Assembly (NCBI GenBank): GCA_963675665.1
Contig: OY776510.1
Coordinates: forward strand, 608,001 to 672,000
Direction of reading: 5' to 3'
DNA length: 64,000 nucleotides
Source of the DNA: Spirochaetia bacterium
GTDB lineage: Bacteria; Spirochaetota; Spirochaetia; UBA9216
Part shown: piece after piece, positions 1-8,630 of the stretch
Layout: each line of letters begins with the position of its first letter
Position numbering within the stretch: position 1 is the first letter of the stretch
Program-made: the position numbers and the translations under genes
The notes under the pieces: model-generated
Seen by the model: the letters and a program-made list of their open reading frames with translations, nothing else
Told to the model about the DNA's origin: nothing
Databases searched by the model: none

Positions 1-840
1 TTTTCGAATTCTGAAAGATATATTATTAATATTCGGGGGGCCGCAGAGATCTTCCGCTTCAAAAACTACATCTTCGGACGGTTTAGCCTTTCTTTCAGTA
101 TAAAACCTGTTCAGCTCACGACCGACCATCAGTGATATCAGTTTCTGCTCATCAGCTTCTTTTGTCAAAATATTTCCGGCATTTTCACCATCCCGGAGGA
201 TAACGACCCTGTCCGTTATTTCAAGAACTTCTTCAAGTTTATGTGATATAAAAATAATTGATATTCCCTGTGCTTTTAAATCGCGCATAATTTCAAACAG
301 GTTTACTATCTCTTTCTCGGCAAGCGCGGATGTGGGTTCGTCCATAATCAGAACCTTTGTTTTATATGCAAGGGCTTTGGCTATTTCTATCATTTGCTGC
401 TGGGCAACGCCAAGACTCCCCACAAGGTCATCCGGATGAATATCTATTTTTAATCTTGAAAAGAATTCCTCCGCTCTCTGCCGGGTGTCTTTATAAGAAA
501 ACAAACCGCCTTTCGTCCTGTTTTCATTTCCGAGAAAAATGTTCTCCATGGCCGAAAGGTTCGGACAAAGATTGAATTCCTGGAAAATAATATTTATGCC
601 CTGCTCGTATGCATCCCGCGTGGAATGCAGATCCAGAACCTTGCCGTTATAATAGATGTTTCCGCTGTCGGGTTTATAAACCCCGGTAAGCACCTTCATC
701 AGTGTCGACTTACCGGCCCCGTTTTCTCCCAGCAAACAGACAATTTCATTTTCTCCGATATTGAAGTCTACATCAGACAGAGCTTTTACTCCCGGAAATT
801 GTTTGCTGATCCCTTTCATTTCAACAAGATATTCACCCAT
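1..840 (-). CDS. Sugar ABC transporter ATP-binding protein (RbsA/MglA family), runs off the window edge
   Basis: Hand translation from ATG at 840: MGEYLVEMKGISKQFPGVKALSDVDF...LLGENGAGKSTLMKVL (Walker A), later LIMDEPTSAL and ISHKLEE. Missing from the ORF track because it has no stop inside the window. Confidence 0.92.
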   Translation of the reverse strand, partial: MGEYLVEMKGISKQFPGVKALSDVDFNIGENEIVCLLGENGAGKSTLMKVLTGVYKPDSGNIYYNGKVLDLHSTRDAYEQGINIIFQEFNLCPNLSAMENIFLGNENRTKGGLFSYKDTRQRAEEFFSRLKIDIHPDDLVGSLGVAQQQMIEIAKALAYKTKVLIMDEPTSALAEKEIVNLFEIMRDLKAQGISIIFISHKLEEVLEITDRVVILRDGENAGNILTKEADEQKLISLMVGRELNRFYTERKAKPSEDVVFEAEDLCGPPNINNISFRIRK

Positions 841-846
841 AACAGC

Positions 847-1824
847 CTACCTGTTCTTTATTCTGTCGATTACCGCCGCAATTACAATAATAAGGCCCAT
901 GATTGCAGTCTGCCAGTATGCTGAAACCTTCATCAACACCAAACCGTTTCTGATAACTCCCATAATTGCTGCGCCTATCACTACGCCAAGAACAGAACCG
1001 GACCCGCCCATCAGCGAAGTACCCCCTATTACAGCTGCAGCAATTGCATCAAGTTCCCAGCCGTCTCCGGCTGATGTCTGTGCCGAACTGAAGCGGGCGA
1101 CAAGAATAATTCCTGTAATTGAAGACATCAGCCCCGAAATTCCATATGCCAGGCATTTAATCCTTTTTATATTAATTCCGGAAAGCCTGGTTGCTTCTTC
1201 GTTTCCTCCGATCGCATAAATCCTTCGTCCGAACACCGTAAACTTCAAAATGAAATTCATAACTATTGCAACAACTATTGCTATGATGACCGGAACCGGA
1301 ATTCCCAATAAAGAGCCCTGTCCTATAAACATGAATTTTTCATTAATCTCTTCAACCGGCCAGCCTTTTGTAATAATCCAGATTGCCCCCCGGGCCATAC
1401 TTAGCATGCCGAGAGTGACAATAAACGGGGTGATCCCCACATATGAAACAAGTATCCCGTTTATCATTCCTACACCGAAACCGGTGCCCATTCCTACAAG
1501 TACAGCCGCAAACGGACCTGCGCCCGCAGCCATTGCAAGGCCGCAGGTAACCCCGCTGATTCCTATTATGGAACCGACGGAAAGATCTATTCCCGCTGTC
1601 AGAATAACAGTAAATACACCGAAAGCTGTAATGGCGACAAACGATATCTGCCGGGCGACCCTGTAAAGGTTTCCCGCTGTAGCAAATTTCGGTGCGATTA
1701 TAGTAATAATCAGCATAATTCCCAGCAAAGCCAGAAAAATCGCTGATTCTTTTTGTCTGATAAATCTAATAAGCAGGTTTTCTTTTTTAACCTGCGCTTG
1801 TATCCCGGCTTTGTTTTCAGCCAT
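847..1824 (-). CDS. Sugar ABC transporter permease (RbsC family)
   Basis: GIDLSVGS, GRRIYAIGGNEEATRLSGI and ELDAIAAAVIGGTSLMGG motifs; hydrophobic; GGAGG SD. Confidence 0.95.
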   Translation of the reverse strand: MAENKAGIQAQVKKENLLIRFIRQKESAIFLALLGIMLIITIIAPKFATAGNLYRVARQISFVAITAFGVFTVILTAGIDLSVGSIIGISGVTCGLAMAAGAGPFAAVLVGMGTGFGVGMINGILVSYVGITPFIVTLGMLSMARGAIWIITKGWPVEEINEKFMFIGQGSLLGIPVPVIIAIVVAIVMNFILKFTVFGRRIYAIGGNEEATRLSGINIKRIKCLAYGISGLMSSITGIILVARFSSAQTSAGDGWELDAIAAAVIGGTSLMGGSGSVLGVVIGAAIMGVIRNGLVLMKVSAYWQTAIMGLIIVIAAVIDRIKNR

Positions 1825-1941
1825 TATAACCTCCTGAAGACACCCGTCACGGATGACGGAAAACGGAAGAGAAGTATGAAAACCTGGTTTTCATACTTCA
1901 GAAATAATTGAACATGGAAGTTCAATTATTTCCATCCTCCC

Positions 1942-1974
1942 AAAAAAGAGGGGAACGGACATTCCGCCCCCCCC
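1942..1974 (-). terminator. Intrinsic terminator/attenuator between the solute-binding and permease genes
   Basis: Minus strand GGGGGGGCGGA-ATG-TCCGTTCCCCT-C-TTTTTT: 11-bp stem (with G-U pairs) followed by a U-run. Confidence 0.7.
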
Positions 1975-2044
1975 GATAACTTTTAATGGTCAATGGACGT
2001 TTGCCGGTAATACCGGCAAACTCCGGAGGTTCAGTTACCGAAGG

Positions 2045-2992
2045 TTACTGAACCTCAGCTTTAACTGCTGCCATGTATGAATCTACATTATCTTTTGTTA
2101 CGATAATAACTCCGGTATCCGTTACAGGAGGAACACTCTTGCCGTTCATCAAATCAAGCATTTGCTCAATCGACAACCAGCCCATTTTATATGCTTTCTG
2201 TACGAGACAGAAATTAATTGATCCGTCTTTTATTCCAGTGATTGTTTCAGGAAGATCATCAAAACCGCCGATTATGATATTTCCCGCTATACCCTGCTCT
2301 TTTACAACAGTTGCAGGAGCTACGGGACCATATGCGGAAACACCGAAAATAGCATCCAGGTCAGGATAAGCTTCCAGAAGAGCTTCGGTTTTGTTTACTC
2401 CCATTGCAAGATCAGCCTGAAAATCTTCAAAGGCTACGATTTCGACATTTGTCTTTGCTGCGGCCTTTCTGAATCCTTCCTGCCTCTGGTTGAGGTTCGG
2501 AGCAAGTCCTCCCTGAAGGATAGCTACATTACCTTTACCTCCCATCAGATTAAACATATATTCTCCCGCGGTTGCACCGGCTGCCTCATTTACAGTTCCG
2601 ATATAACATGCCCGTTTTGTACTTGGGGCATCGGCATCAAAACAAATAACGGTTATCCCTGCTTCTACCGCTTCATTTACAACAGCAACAAGACCCTTGT
2701 CATCCACTGCCGAAATGGCAATACCGTCAACACCTCTGGCTATAAGGTCTTCAATTACCTTTACCTGTAACGAGATATCAAATTTCGGCGGGCTTTCCAC
2801 TTCTGCATTTACACCGTATTTGGCTCCTGCATCTTTAAAACCTTCGATACAAGGTTCATAAAAGGGGTGTACCAGCTTGGGTACCATAACGAAAGTGGGC
2901 TGATCCGAACCTTCCTGCTGACCCCCGGCAAATACAGCCGGAGCAATTACAATGGCCAGAAGCAGCAATGCTGCCATTAGTTTTTTTCTCAT
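2045..2992 (-). CDS. Sugar ABC transporter periplasmic substrate-binding protein (Peripla_BP_4)
   Basis: Signal peptide ending AVFA-GGQQE; IEDLIARGVDGIAIS, GFDD and Q-x-x-YKMG motifs of type I sugar-binding proteins. Confidence 0.93.
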   Translation of the reverse strand: MRKKLMAALLLLAIVIAPAVFAGGQQEGSDQPTFVMVPKLVHPFYEPCIEGFKDAGAKYGVNAEVESPPKFDISLQVKVIEDLIARGVDGIAISAVDDKGLVAVVNEAVEAGITVICFDADAPSTKRACYIGTVNEAAGATAGEYMFNLMGGKGNVAILQGGLAPNLNQRQEGFRKAAAKTNVEIVAFEDFQADLAMGVNKTEALLEAYPDLDAIFGVSAYGPVAPATVVKEQGIAGNIIIGGFDDLPETITGIKDGSINFCLVQKAYKMGWLSIEQMLDLMNGKSVPPVTDTGVIIVTKDNVDSYMAAVKAEVQ

Positions 2993-3024
2993 AAAAAAAC
3001 CTCCAAATTTTATTTATCTATAAA

Positions 3025-3042
3025 TTGCAAGGTTTATGCCAA
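3025..3042 (-). promoter_or_regulatory. Sigma54 (-24/-12) promoter of the sugar ABC operon
   Basis: Minus strand TTGGCAT-AAACC-TTGCAA, exact GG-N10-GC spacing, about 30 nt upstream of the SBP start and just downstream of an NtrC-type activator gene. Confidence 0.85.
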
Positions 3043-3200
3043 ACTCTCCGATGTTTTTCCCTTTTTATATTTTGTTATATTATATAAACTTAGTCTGATT
3101 TAATTTTTCAAAATTACCTATGGAAACCGGCAATCTGAAACAGCTCTACCCATTTTGAGTAAAACTGAGTAATTCCATTCCGGGGTCCGGCTTAACACAA

Positions 3201-4520
3201 TCATTCCAGCGAGTACTTTTTAATCTTGTTGTATAAAGTTTTTCTTGAAATATTAAGCTCTCTTGCGGCAAGAGTACGGTTGAATCGGTTTTTTTCCAGA
3301 GTTTTAAGAATGAAACTTCTTTCCAGCTCGTCTATATAACCTTTTTCTTCAGCTACTGATGCTTTTTCATTTTCAATTCTGAAGTGATCGGAAAGCAACA
3401 ATGAATTATCATCTGCAAGAAGAACTGCTGTCTCTACAACATTTCTTAATTCCCGGATATTTCCGGGCCATTCGTACTCTTTTAAAACATTTACCGCCTC
3501 AGACGATACGGAAACCTTTTTATTGTAATTCCTGGAATACATCGCAACAAAGTTGTGTATCAGGGCATCAAGATCCTCGGGCCGTTCTCTCAGAGGCGGC
3601 AGCACTATTTCAATACCCCGTAATCTGAAATAAAGATCCGACCTGAATTCATTATTCCGAATCATCGTTTTAAGATCCCGGTTTGTCGAGGCAATAATCC
3701 TGGCGCTGAATTCCTTGGACCTCAGGCCTCCAATACGCTCGAAAGTTTTTTCTTCAAGGACCCGGAGTAACTTTGATTGAAGCTTGTACTCCATGTCTCC
3801 TATCTCATCCAGAAAAAGGGTCCCCCCTGCTGCAGCTTCAAATTTCCCCGGCTTCTCGGATGCCGCACCGGAAAAAGAACCTTTTTCATATCCGAAAAGT
3901 TCAGATTCAAGCAATTCCGATGGTATTGCACTGCAGTTAATACCGACAAACGGACGGCTTTTTCTTTCACAGTTTTCATGAACCAGTCGCGCAAATACCT
4001 CCTTTCCCGTTCCGCTTTCGCCGAGAAGGAGAATCGGTATGTTACAATCCTTTACTTTGTTAATGGTATTATAGGCATCGATACTTTTTTTGCTTTTAAA
4101 AATTATACTGGAAAATTTTTCCGACGCAAGCTCCACATCTGCTGCCATTTCTGATTTTTCGTCGTAAAATCTGTCGGCAATCGCTATTATATCGCTGTTG
4201 TCAAAGGGCTTTTGTATGTAATCAAGGACCCCTATCTTCATAGAATTAACGGCGGACTCAATACTTGCATAGGCTGTCATTATAACTATCGGAGTAACAT
4301 TGGGCTGGATAGCTTTAACCACTTCAATACCGTCCATATCTCCCAGCTTTAAATCCAGAAACACCAGATCATACTTATCGTTTAACAGAACATCTACTGC
4401 AGATCTGCCGCTTGATGCCGTATCTATCCGGTAACCTTCCAGCTCAAGTGTCTTCGACAAACCCTCGAGTAATCCGTCTTCATCATCAGCCAGCAATATT
4501 CTGAATTCACTCTTATCCAT
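3201..4520 (-). CDS. Sigma54-dependent response regulator (NtrC/AtoC family: REC-AAA+-Fis HTH)
   Basis: REC (LADDE, FLDLKL), Walker A GESGTGKE, GSFSGA loop, FLDEIG, WPGNIREL, C-terminal AARELNISRKTLYNKI. Confidence 0.95.
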   Translation of the reverse strand: MDKSEFRILLADDEDGLLEGLSKTLELEGYRIDTASSGRSAVDVLLNDKYDLVFLDLKLGDMDGIEVVKAIQPNVTPIVIMTAYASIESAVNSMKIGVLDYIQKPFDNSDIIAIADRFYDEKSEMAADVELASEKFSSIIFKSKKSIDAYNTINKVKDCNIPILLLGESGTGKEVFARLVHENCERKSRPFVGINCSAIPSELLESELFGYEKGSFSGAASEKPGKFEAAAGGTLFLDEIGDMEYKLQSKLLRVLEEKTFERIGGLRSKEFSARIIASTNRDLKTMIRNNEFRSDLYFRLRGIEIVLPPLRERPEDLDALIHNFVAMYSRNYNKKVSVSSEAVNVLKEYEWPGNIRELRNVVETAVLLADDNSLLLSDHFRIENEKASVAEEKGYIDELERSFILKTLEKNRFNRTLAARELNISRKTLYNKIKKYSLE

Positions 4521-6732
4521 AAAACGCCTCTCTGTCGGGAAACAGCAAAGTCACAGTCGTTCCTTTTTCTTTTTCACTGCTGATCCCTATTTCACCGCCC
4601 ATATTGTTCATTAATCGTTTGCATAAAGGAAGCCCGAGCCCCACGCCGCCGCCGGGTTTGCCCTTTGTATAAAAAAGTTCAAACACGTTTGAAAGTTCAT
4701 CTTCATCCATCCCGCATCCGTTGTCTTTTAGAATAATCTTCGTTCCGCCTGAAACCTTTTCCAAATCCGCGACCAGAATAACATCTTCATCGCCGCAGGT
4801 CTCGATTGCATTCTTGATTATGTTGAAAAGCACCTGCTTTAAACTGTCTCTGCTGCAAAACAGTTCGCTCCTGCTCAATGTATGCAGTATATAAAAACTG
4901 ATTTTCCTTTTTTTGAATTTCAACCTGAAGAAATCAGCATGCTGCTTTTTTATTTCCGTTCCATCATAAAATTCCTGAACAATCTTGTTCGAAGCCTTGG
5001 GATCAAAAAACCATATGACCTCTGAAAAGATCTCGCCGAGATCAATAAGTTCCGGTTGAATTTTTTCATCACGTGAAAATTTCAAGAGATTGTTTATCAA
5101 TCTGCTGACCCTTTTAATTTCGGATTCTATCCTTCCTATGAAACGTTGTTCTTCCTCCTCAGAAAGAGCATCAGTCTGAAGCAGCTGAACATGGTTTAAA
5201 ATAATGCTCATCGGATTGTTAATCTCATGCGCCAGCCCTGCCGCCATCTGCCCTACCGAAGCCAGACGATCCGAATGGATCAGCGCCCTCTCCATATCCA
5301 TATGCTCGGTAACATTATTCAGCACCAGAACCACGGCGCTTAAAGAGCGATCGGTTTCTATCACCGGATAGAAATCCATCTCATATGATGTTATTCCGAA
5401 TTTAACCGAATAAAGACGTATAAAACTCTTGCTTTCCAGCACATTTTCAATCGTTTTCTTAAGCAGCTGTTTCTCCTGCAGAAAAGGCTCGGTTTCAAGA
5501 AGGTCTTTTCCATACTGTTCTTCTGTCAGCTCCAGCCTGCTTGAAACATTTTTACTGACGACTTTAATTTTCCTTTCCGGATCAAGCACAATAATATTGA
5601 TTCGCAGGCTCTGGAAAACCGCGTCAATATAAGTGTTTTTAACCGCAAGTTCTTCGTTCTGACGCTGCAGCTCGTCCCGGTTTCGCTTGAGAACCTCAAC
5701 CATATCGTTGAAATTCCTGTTCAGCAAACCAATTTCATCACGGCTTCTGACATCCACCCTGCTGTTGTAATTGCCGGACGATATTGCATCGGTTGCAGTT
5801 AAAAGCGAATTTATAGCTCTGATAAGCCTGATTTCCTTTATAAAAAAGGTGACTACCGGAATCATTATACACAATAGCGTTATCGCCATCAGGCGCTGCA
5901 TCAGGTATGATTCGCCGCCGAAAAGACTTGCCCGTTCAATATACAAAACCAGATCCCCTACAGCTTCTTCCCCCAGTTCAAAAGGAATCACCACCCCGGA
6001 GTAGGTTGTACTGCCGACCCTGAAACTTTTTCGGGGATTGTTTTCTGCATCTGAAACGGTATTTTTGACGGCTTCAATCGCAGCTTCCTGAGAATTGAAC
6101 ATCACTGCATTTCTGGAGATAAGCGCATATTCTATTCCAAAGGTTTTCGCATATTCCAGTAAAAAATCTTCATTGTAGCTGTGAATAAACTGAACAAGCC
6201 CGACCAGCCGTCCGTCTGAAAAGATTGGATAAACAATATCAAGATATATTCCGTCGGGGTATCGTCTGTAGGTAATTTTGTTGTACAGGGTCTGCACCAG
6301 ATCTTTATAGAGAACAGACGGCAGATATTGACTGTTTCCGTGGACGGCAACCGGATAAAAGCTTGTTTTATCACGTCTGTAAAGTGCAATAACTTCAATA
6401 TTGCTGTCGTGAGAAATGTTTTTCAGAAAATCAGCTACCGGTTCAAGATCATAAGCAATAAGACTCTCTGTAAGCTGATTCCAGTATTTTTCGTATACAT
6501 AAAACTTGTCCCGCAGCAACTTCGTATCAGCTGCCTCTTTGATGGTAGTAATATATATTTTTTCAGTTTCAATAATCTCGTTTTCCAGGTTATCTCTTAT
6601 ACTTTCAAGATATTCCCATTGGGATATTGCACTGCTCTGATAAATCATAAAAGCTGAGAAAAATACAATTATCAGCATCGGAATCAGAATTGTGAAAAAG
6701 GAAAGTATTAAAAGCTTGGTTACGAGCTTCAT
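4513..6732 (-). CDS. Sensor histidine kinase (TM-periplasmic sensor-TM-HAMP-PAS-HisKA-HATPase)
   Basis: Two TM segments, HAMP DEIGLL, H-box AHEINNPM, N-box QVLFNIIKNA, DNGCGM, GLGL; overlaps the regulator start. Confidence 0.93.
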   Translation of the reverse strand: MKLVTKLLILSFFTILIPMLIIVFFSAFMIYQSSAISQWEYLESIRDNLENEIIETEKIYITTIKEAADTKLLRDKFYVYEKYWNQLTESLIAYDLEPVADFLKNISHDSNIEVIALYRRDKTSFYPVAVHGNSQYLPSVLYKDLVQTLYNKITYRRYPDGIYLDIVYPIFSDGRLVGLVQFIHSYNEDFLLEYAKTFGIEYALISRNAVMFNSQEAAIEAVKNTVSDAENNPRKSFRVGSTTYSGVVIPFELGEEAVGDLVLYIERASLFGGESYLMQRLMAITLLCIMIPVVTFFIKEIRLIRAINSLLTATDAISSGNYNSRVDVRSRDEIGLLNRNFNDMVEVLKRNRDELQRQNEELAVKNTYIDAVFQSLRINIIVLDPERKIKVVSKNVSSRLELTEEQYGKDLLETEPFLQEKQLLKKTIENVLESKSFIRLYSVKFGITSYEMDFYPVIETDRSLSAVVLVLNNVTEHMDMERALIHSDRLASVGQMAAGLAHEINNPMSIILNHVQLLQTDALSEEEEQRFIGRIESEIKRVSRLINNLLKFSRDEKIQPELIDLGEIFSEVIWFFDPKASNKIVQEFYDGTEIKKQHADFFRLKFKKRKISFYILHTLSRSELFCSRDSLKQVLFNIIKNAIETCGDEDVILVADLEKVSGGTKIILKDNGCGMDEDELSNVFELFYTKGKPGGGVGLGLPLCKRLMNNMGGEIGISSEKEKGTTVTLLFPDREAFYG

Positions 6733-6828
6733 TTGCTATCCGAAAAATACATATGGTGTGCACATCCAAAAAAACATTCTGTAATACTAGGGCCCGTTTG
6801 TGCAATTGTCAACCGGGAAATTATGAGA

Positions 6829-7680
6829 TCAATCCGGCCAGACAGTTCGCATATGTCGTTCTACAAATTCACGGGCTTCTTTTACTTCATCGAACGTGTC
6901 TTTCCGTTCATTTGCCCACATCTCAAGAATAAACATTCCTGTATATCCGGTATTCCTTACAGCCTCGAAACATTTCGGAAAATCAACCGTTCCGTCGCCG
7001 AAGGATATGTTTCTTACTATCCCGGGTTTTGTATCCTTGATATGCATTGCAGCGATATGCCCTCCTGCCGATTCAATATCCGCTTCCACATCCTGTCCCA
7101 TTGCCGTACTGTTGCCGATATCGACATACGCCTGAAGATACGGAGAATTAATCCGTTTTACGTGTTCCATAACCTTCTGTATTGAATCCATAAACGGAAC
7201 GCCCATATTTTCAATTGCAAGCGTTACTCCAAGCCCGGCTGCAAATTTAACGCTTTTATCAAGATTACCGGAAAAATAAGCTGCTGACTCTTCCGTACTT
7301 TCATGCCCTTCCAGTTCATCATAACCGGCCACCTGCACAACCCGGATCCCGAGATCCGACGCCAGAATTATTGCCTTTTTCATTATTTCCATGGCTTTCA
7401 ACCTGACGCCGTCATCAGTACTTCCGAGCGGAAAGCGATGGTTCCCGCTTAACGCCATGGTCGGAACATAGAGGCCGGAAGAATCTTTCTGTGATCTGAA
7501 TTCTTTTCTTTTCGCAGCCGACCAGTCAAGTCTGGCCTGACGTTCATCGCTGTCGTCCACCGAAAATTCTACAAATTTATAGCCGGCCTGCGCAGCCTGC
7601 TCAAAGCGCTCCGGCCAGCTTAAATGCCCCGGCAGCGCCTTTTCGTACAGGCCCAGTTTGAAATCAGCAAAGCAACTCAT
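6829..7680 (-). CDS. ulaE: L-ribulose-5-phosphate 3-epimerase (UlaE/SgbU family)
   Basis: LGLYEKALP, E-x-SVDDSDERQARLDW, HRFPLGS, QVAGYD, DIGN, H-x-KDT, FG-x-G-x-VDF, EMW. Confidence 0.9.
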   Translation of the reverse strand: MSCFADFKLGLYEKALPGHLSWPERFEQAAQAGYKFVEFSVDDSDERQARLDWSAAKRKEFRSQKDSSGLYVPTMALSGNHRFPLGSTDDGVRLKAMEIMKKAIILASDLGIRVVQVAGYDELEGHESTEESAAYFSGNLDKSVKFAAGLGVTLAIENMGVPFMDSIQKVMEHVKRINSPYLQAYVDIGNSTAMGQDVEADIESAGGHIAAMHIKDTKPGIVRNISFGDGTVDFPKCFEAVRNTGYTGMFILEMWANERKDTFDEVKEAREFVERHMRTVWPD

Positions 7681-8321
7681 TATTTTTTCTGACCGTAATC
7701 CTTGAAGACATCAATAGCTTCCTGATACTGCTCATCAGTAAGAAGAACCGGGTCTCCCATCGCTTTGGCTATAAATAATGTTTTAAGTGCATCTTCCATA
7801 TATACTGCAGCGTAAAGCGCTTCTTTTATTGTTTTACCAACCGTAATTACGCCGTGATTTTTCAGAATAACCGCGTTTGCATCGCCGATGTTATTTACTG
7901 TTTCTTCCCCCATCGCCAGACTTGCTGCCGAACTGAACGGAGCTACATTAACAACCCCTGCACATGCATTTGCAAGAGTAGTCACTGCTGGCGGAACCTG
8001 ATCGTAAACCATTCCTATTGCGGTTGCATAAGGCTGATGTGTGTGGATGATCGCATTTACCCTGCTCATATTCCTGTAAACATGCAGCAAGGCTATAGAA
8101 TCTACCGAAGGCCTTCTTGTTCCTTCAATAACGTTACCGTCAATATCAAGAGTGACAATATCGTCGGTAACCATACCCTCATATGCCATTCCCGAAGGCG
8201 TTACAAGAATTTTGTCGCCCGGAAGCCTGCAGCTTACGTTTCCGCCCGACAGAGAAATCAGTTTATTTTCTTTCAAAGCCAGACCGGTTTTGATTAATTC
8301 ATTCTTTTCCTGTTCGTACAT
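7680..8321 (-). CDS. Class II aldolase/epimerase, probable L-ribulose-5-phosphate 4-epimerase
   Basis: SGGNVS, TPSG, PSVD, HTH and NHG zinc ligands, C-terminal YGQ; coupled to ulaE; ATG at 8321 has a GGAGAG SD. Confidence 0.82.
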   Translation of the reverse strand: MYEQEKNELIKTGLALKENKLISLSGGNVSCRLPGDKILVTPSGMAYEGMVTDDIVTLDIDGNVIEGTRRPSVDSIALLHVYRNMSRVNAIIHTHQPYATAIGMVYDQVPPAVTTLANACAGVVNVAPFSSAASLAMGEETVNNIGDANAVILKNHGVITVGKTIKEALYAAVYMEDALKTLFIAKAMGDPVLLTDEQYQEAIDVFKDYGQKK

Positions 8322-8449
8322 AATTCTCTCCAAAATCGAATAATTTCATGACATATTACAATTAACATATTTTTTGACGTTTGTCAAATTGAATTCCTGC
8401 AAACCGGCCACGGCAAAACAGACAGGGTACTGAATAACAATTTACCCTC

Positions 8450-8479
8450 TTGCATAACAGCCCTTATCACTGCTATAAA
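8450..8479 (+). promoter_or_regulatory. Sigma70-type promoter of the leader-asd transcript
   Basis: TTGCAT (8450-8455), N18, then TATAAA (8474-8479) preceded by TG-n (extended -10). Confidence 0.6.
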
Positions 8480-8487
8480 TATTACAA

Positions 8488-8559
8488 ATGCAGATAATAA
8501 CAGTTACAACAACAACCAAACCAGTTCTCTTTTTGATCCGTTCGGTGGTTGTTCCGTAA
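8488..8559 (+). CDS. Thr/Ile-rich attenuator leader peptide (ThrL-like), MQIITVTTTTKPVLFLIRSVVVP
   Basis: 23-codon ORF with 5 Thr and 2 Ile in the first 10 codons, directly upstream of an antiterminator/terminator pair and asd. Confidence 0.8.
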   Translation: MQIITVTTTTKPVLFLIRSVVVP

Positions 8560-8584
8560 ACTGCAATTTGAATATTGCAATTTC

Positions 8585-8613
8585 AGCCCCGCCGAAAAGG
8601 CGGGGCTTTTTTT
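8585..8613 (+). terminator. Attenuator terminator upstream of asd
   Basis: AGCCCCGCC-GAAAA-GGCGGGGCT then a T-run; its 5' arm can alternatively pair with TTCGGTGG (8541-8548). Confidence 0.9.
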
Positions 8614-8630
8614 ATATCTGGAGGTATAGA

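Noticed and set aside
357-1666. Plus-strand ORFs of 72-152 aa over the ABC genes, and similar antisense ORFs throughout (e.g. 33982-34782, 61250-61885, 57117-57695)
   Set aside because: They lie antisense to well-supported genes and show no motifs or RBS; these are typical shadow ORFs.
1871-1932. Possible CRISPR repeats or IS ends among the palindromes
   Set aside because: The hairpins differ in sequence, there is no repeat-spacer periodicity, and no cas or transposase gene is present.
8341-8358. Imperfect palindrome ATTTCATGACAT upstream of the epimerase operon
   Set aside because: Short, AT-rich, single copy, with no cognate regulator identifiable; insufficient support.
8568-8630. N-terminal extension of Asd given by the ORF track
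   Set aside because: It runs through the attenuator terminator; the ATG at 8631 has a GGAGG SD and matches the family N-terminus.
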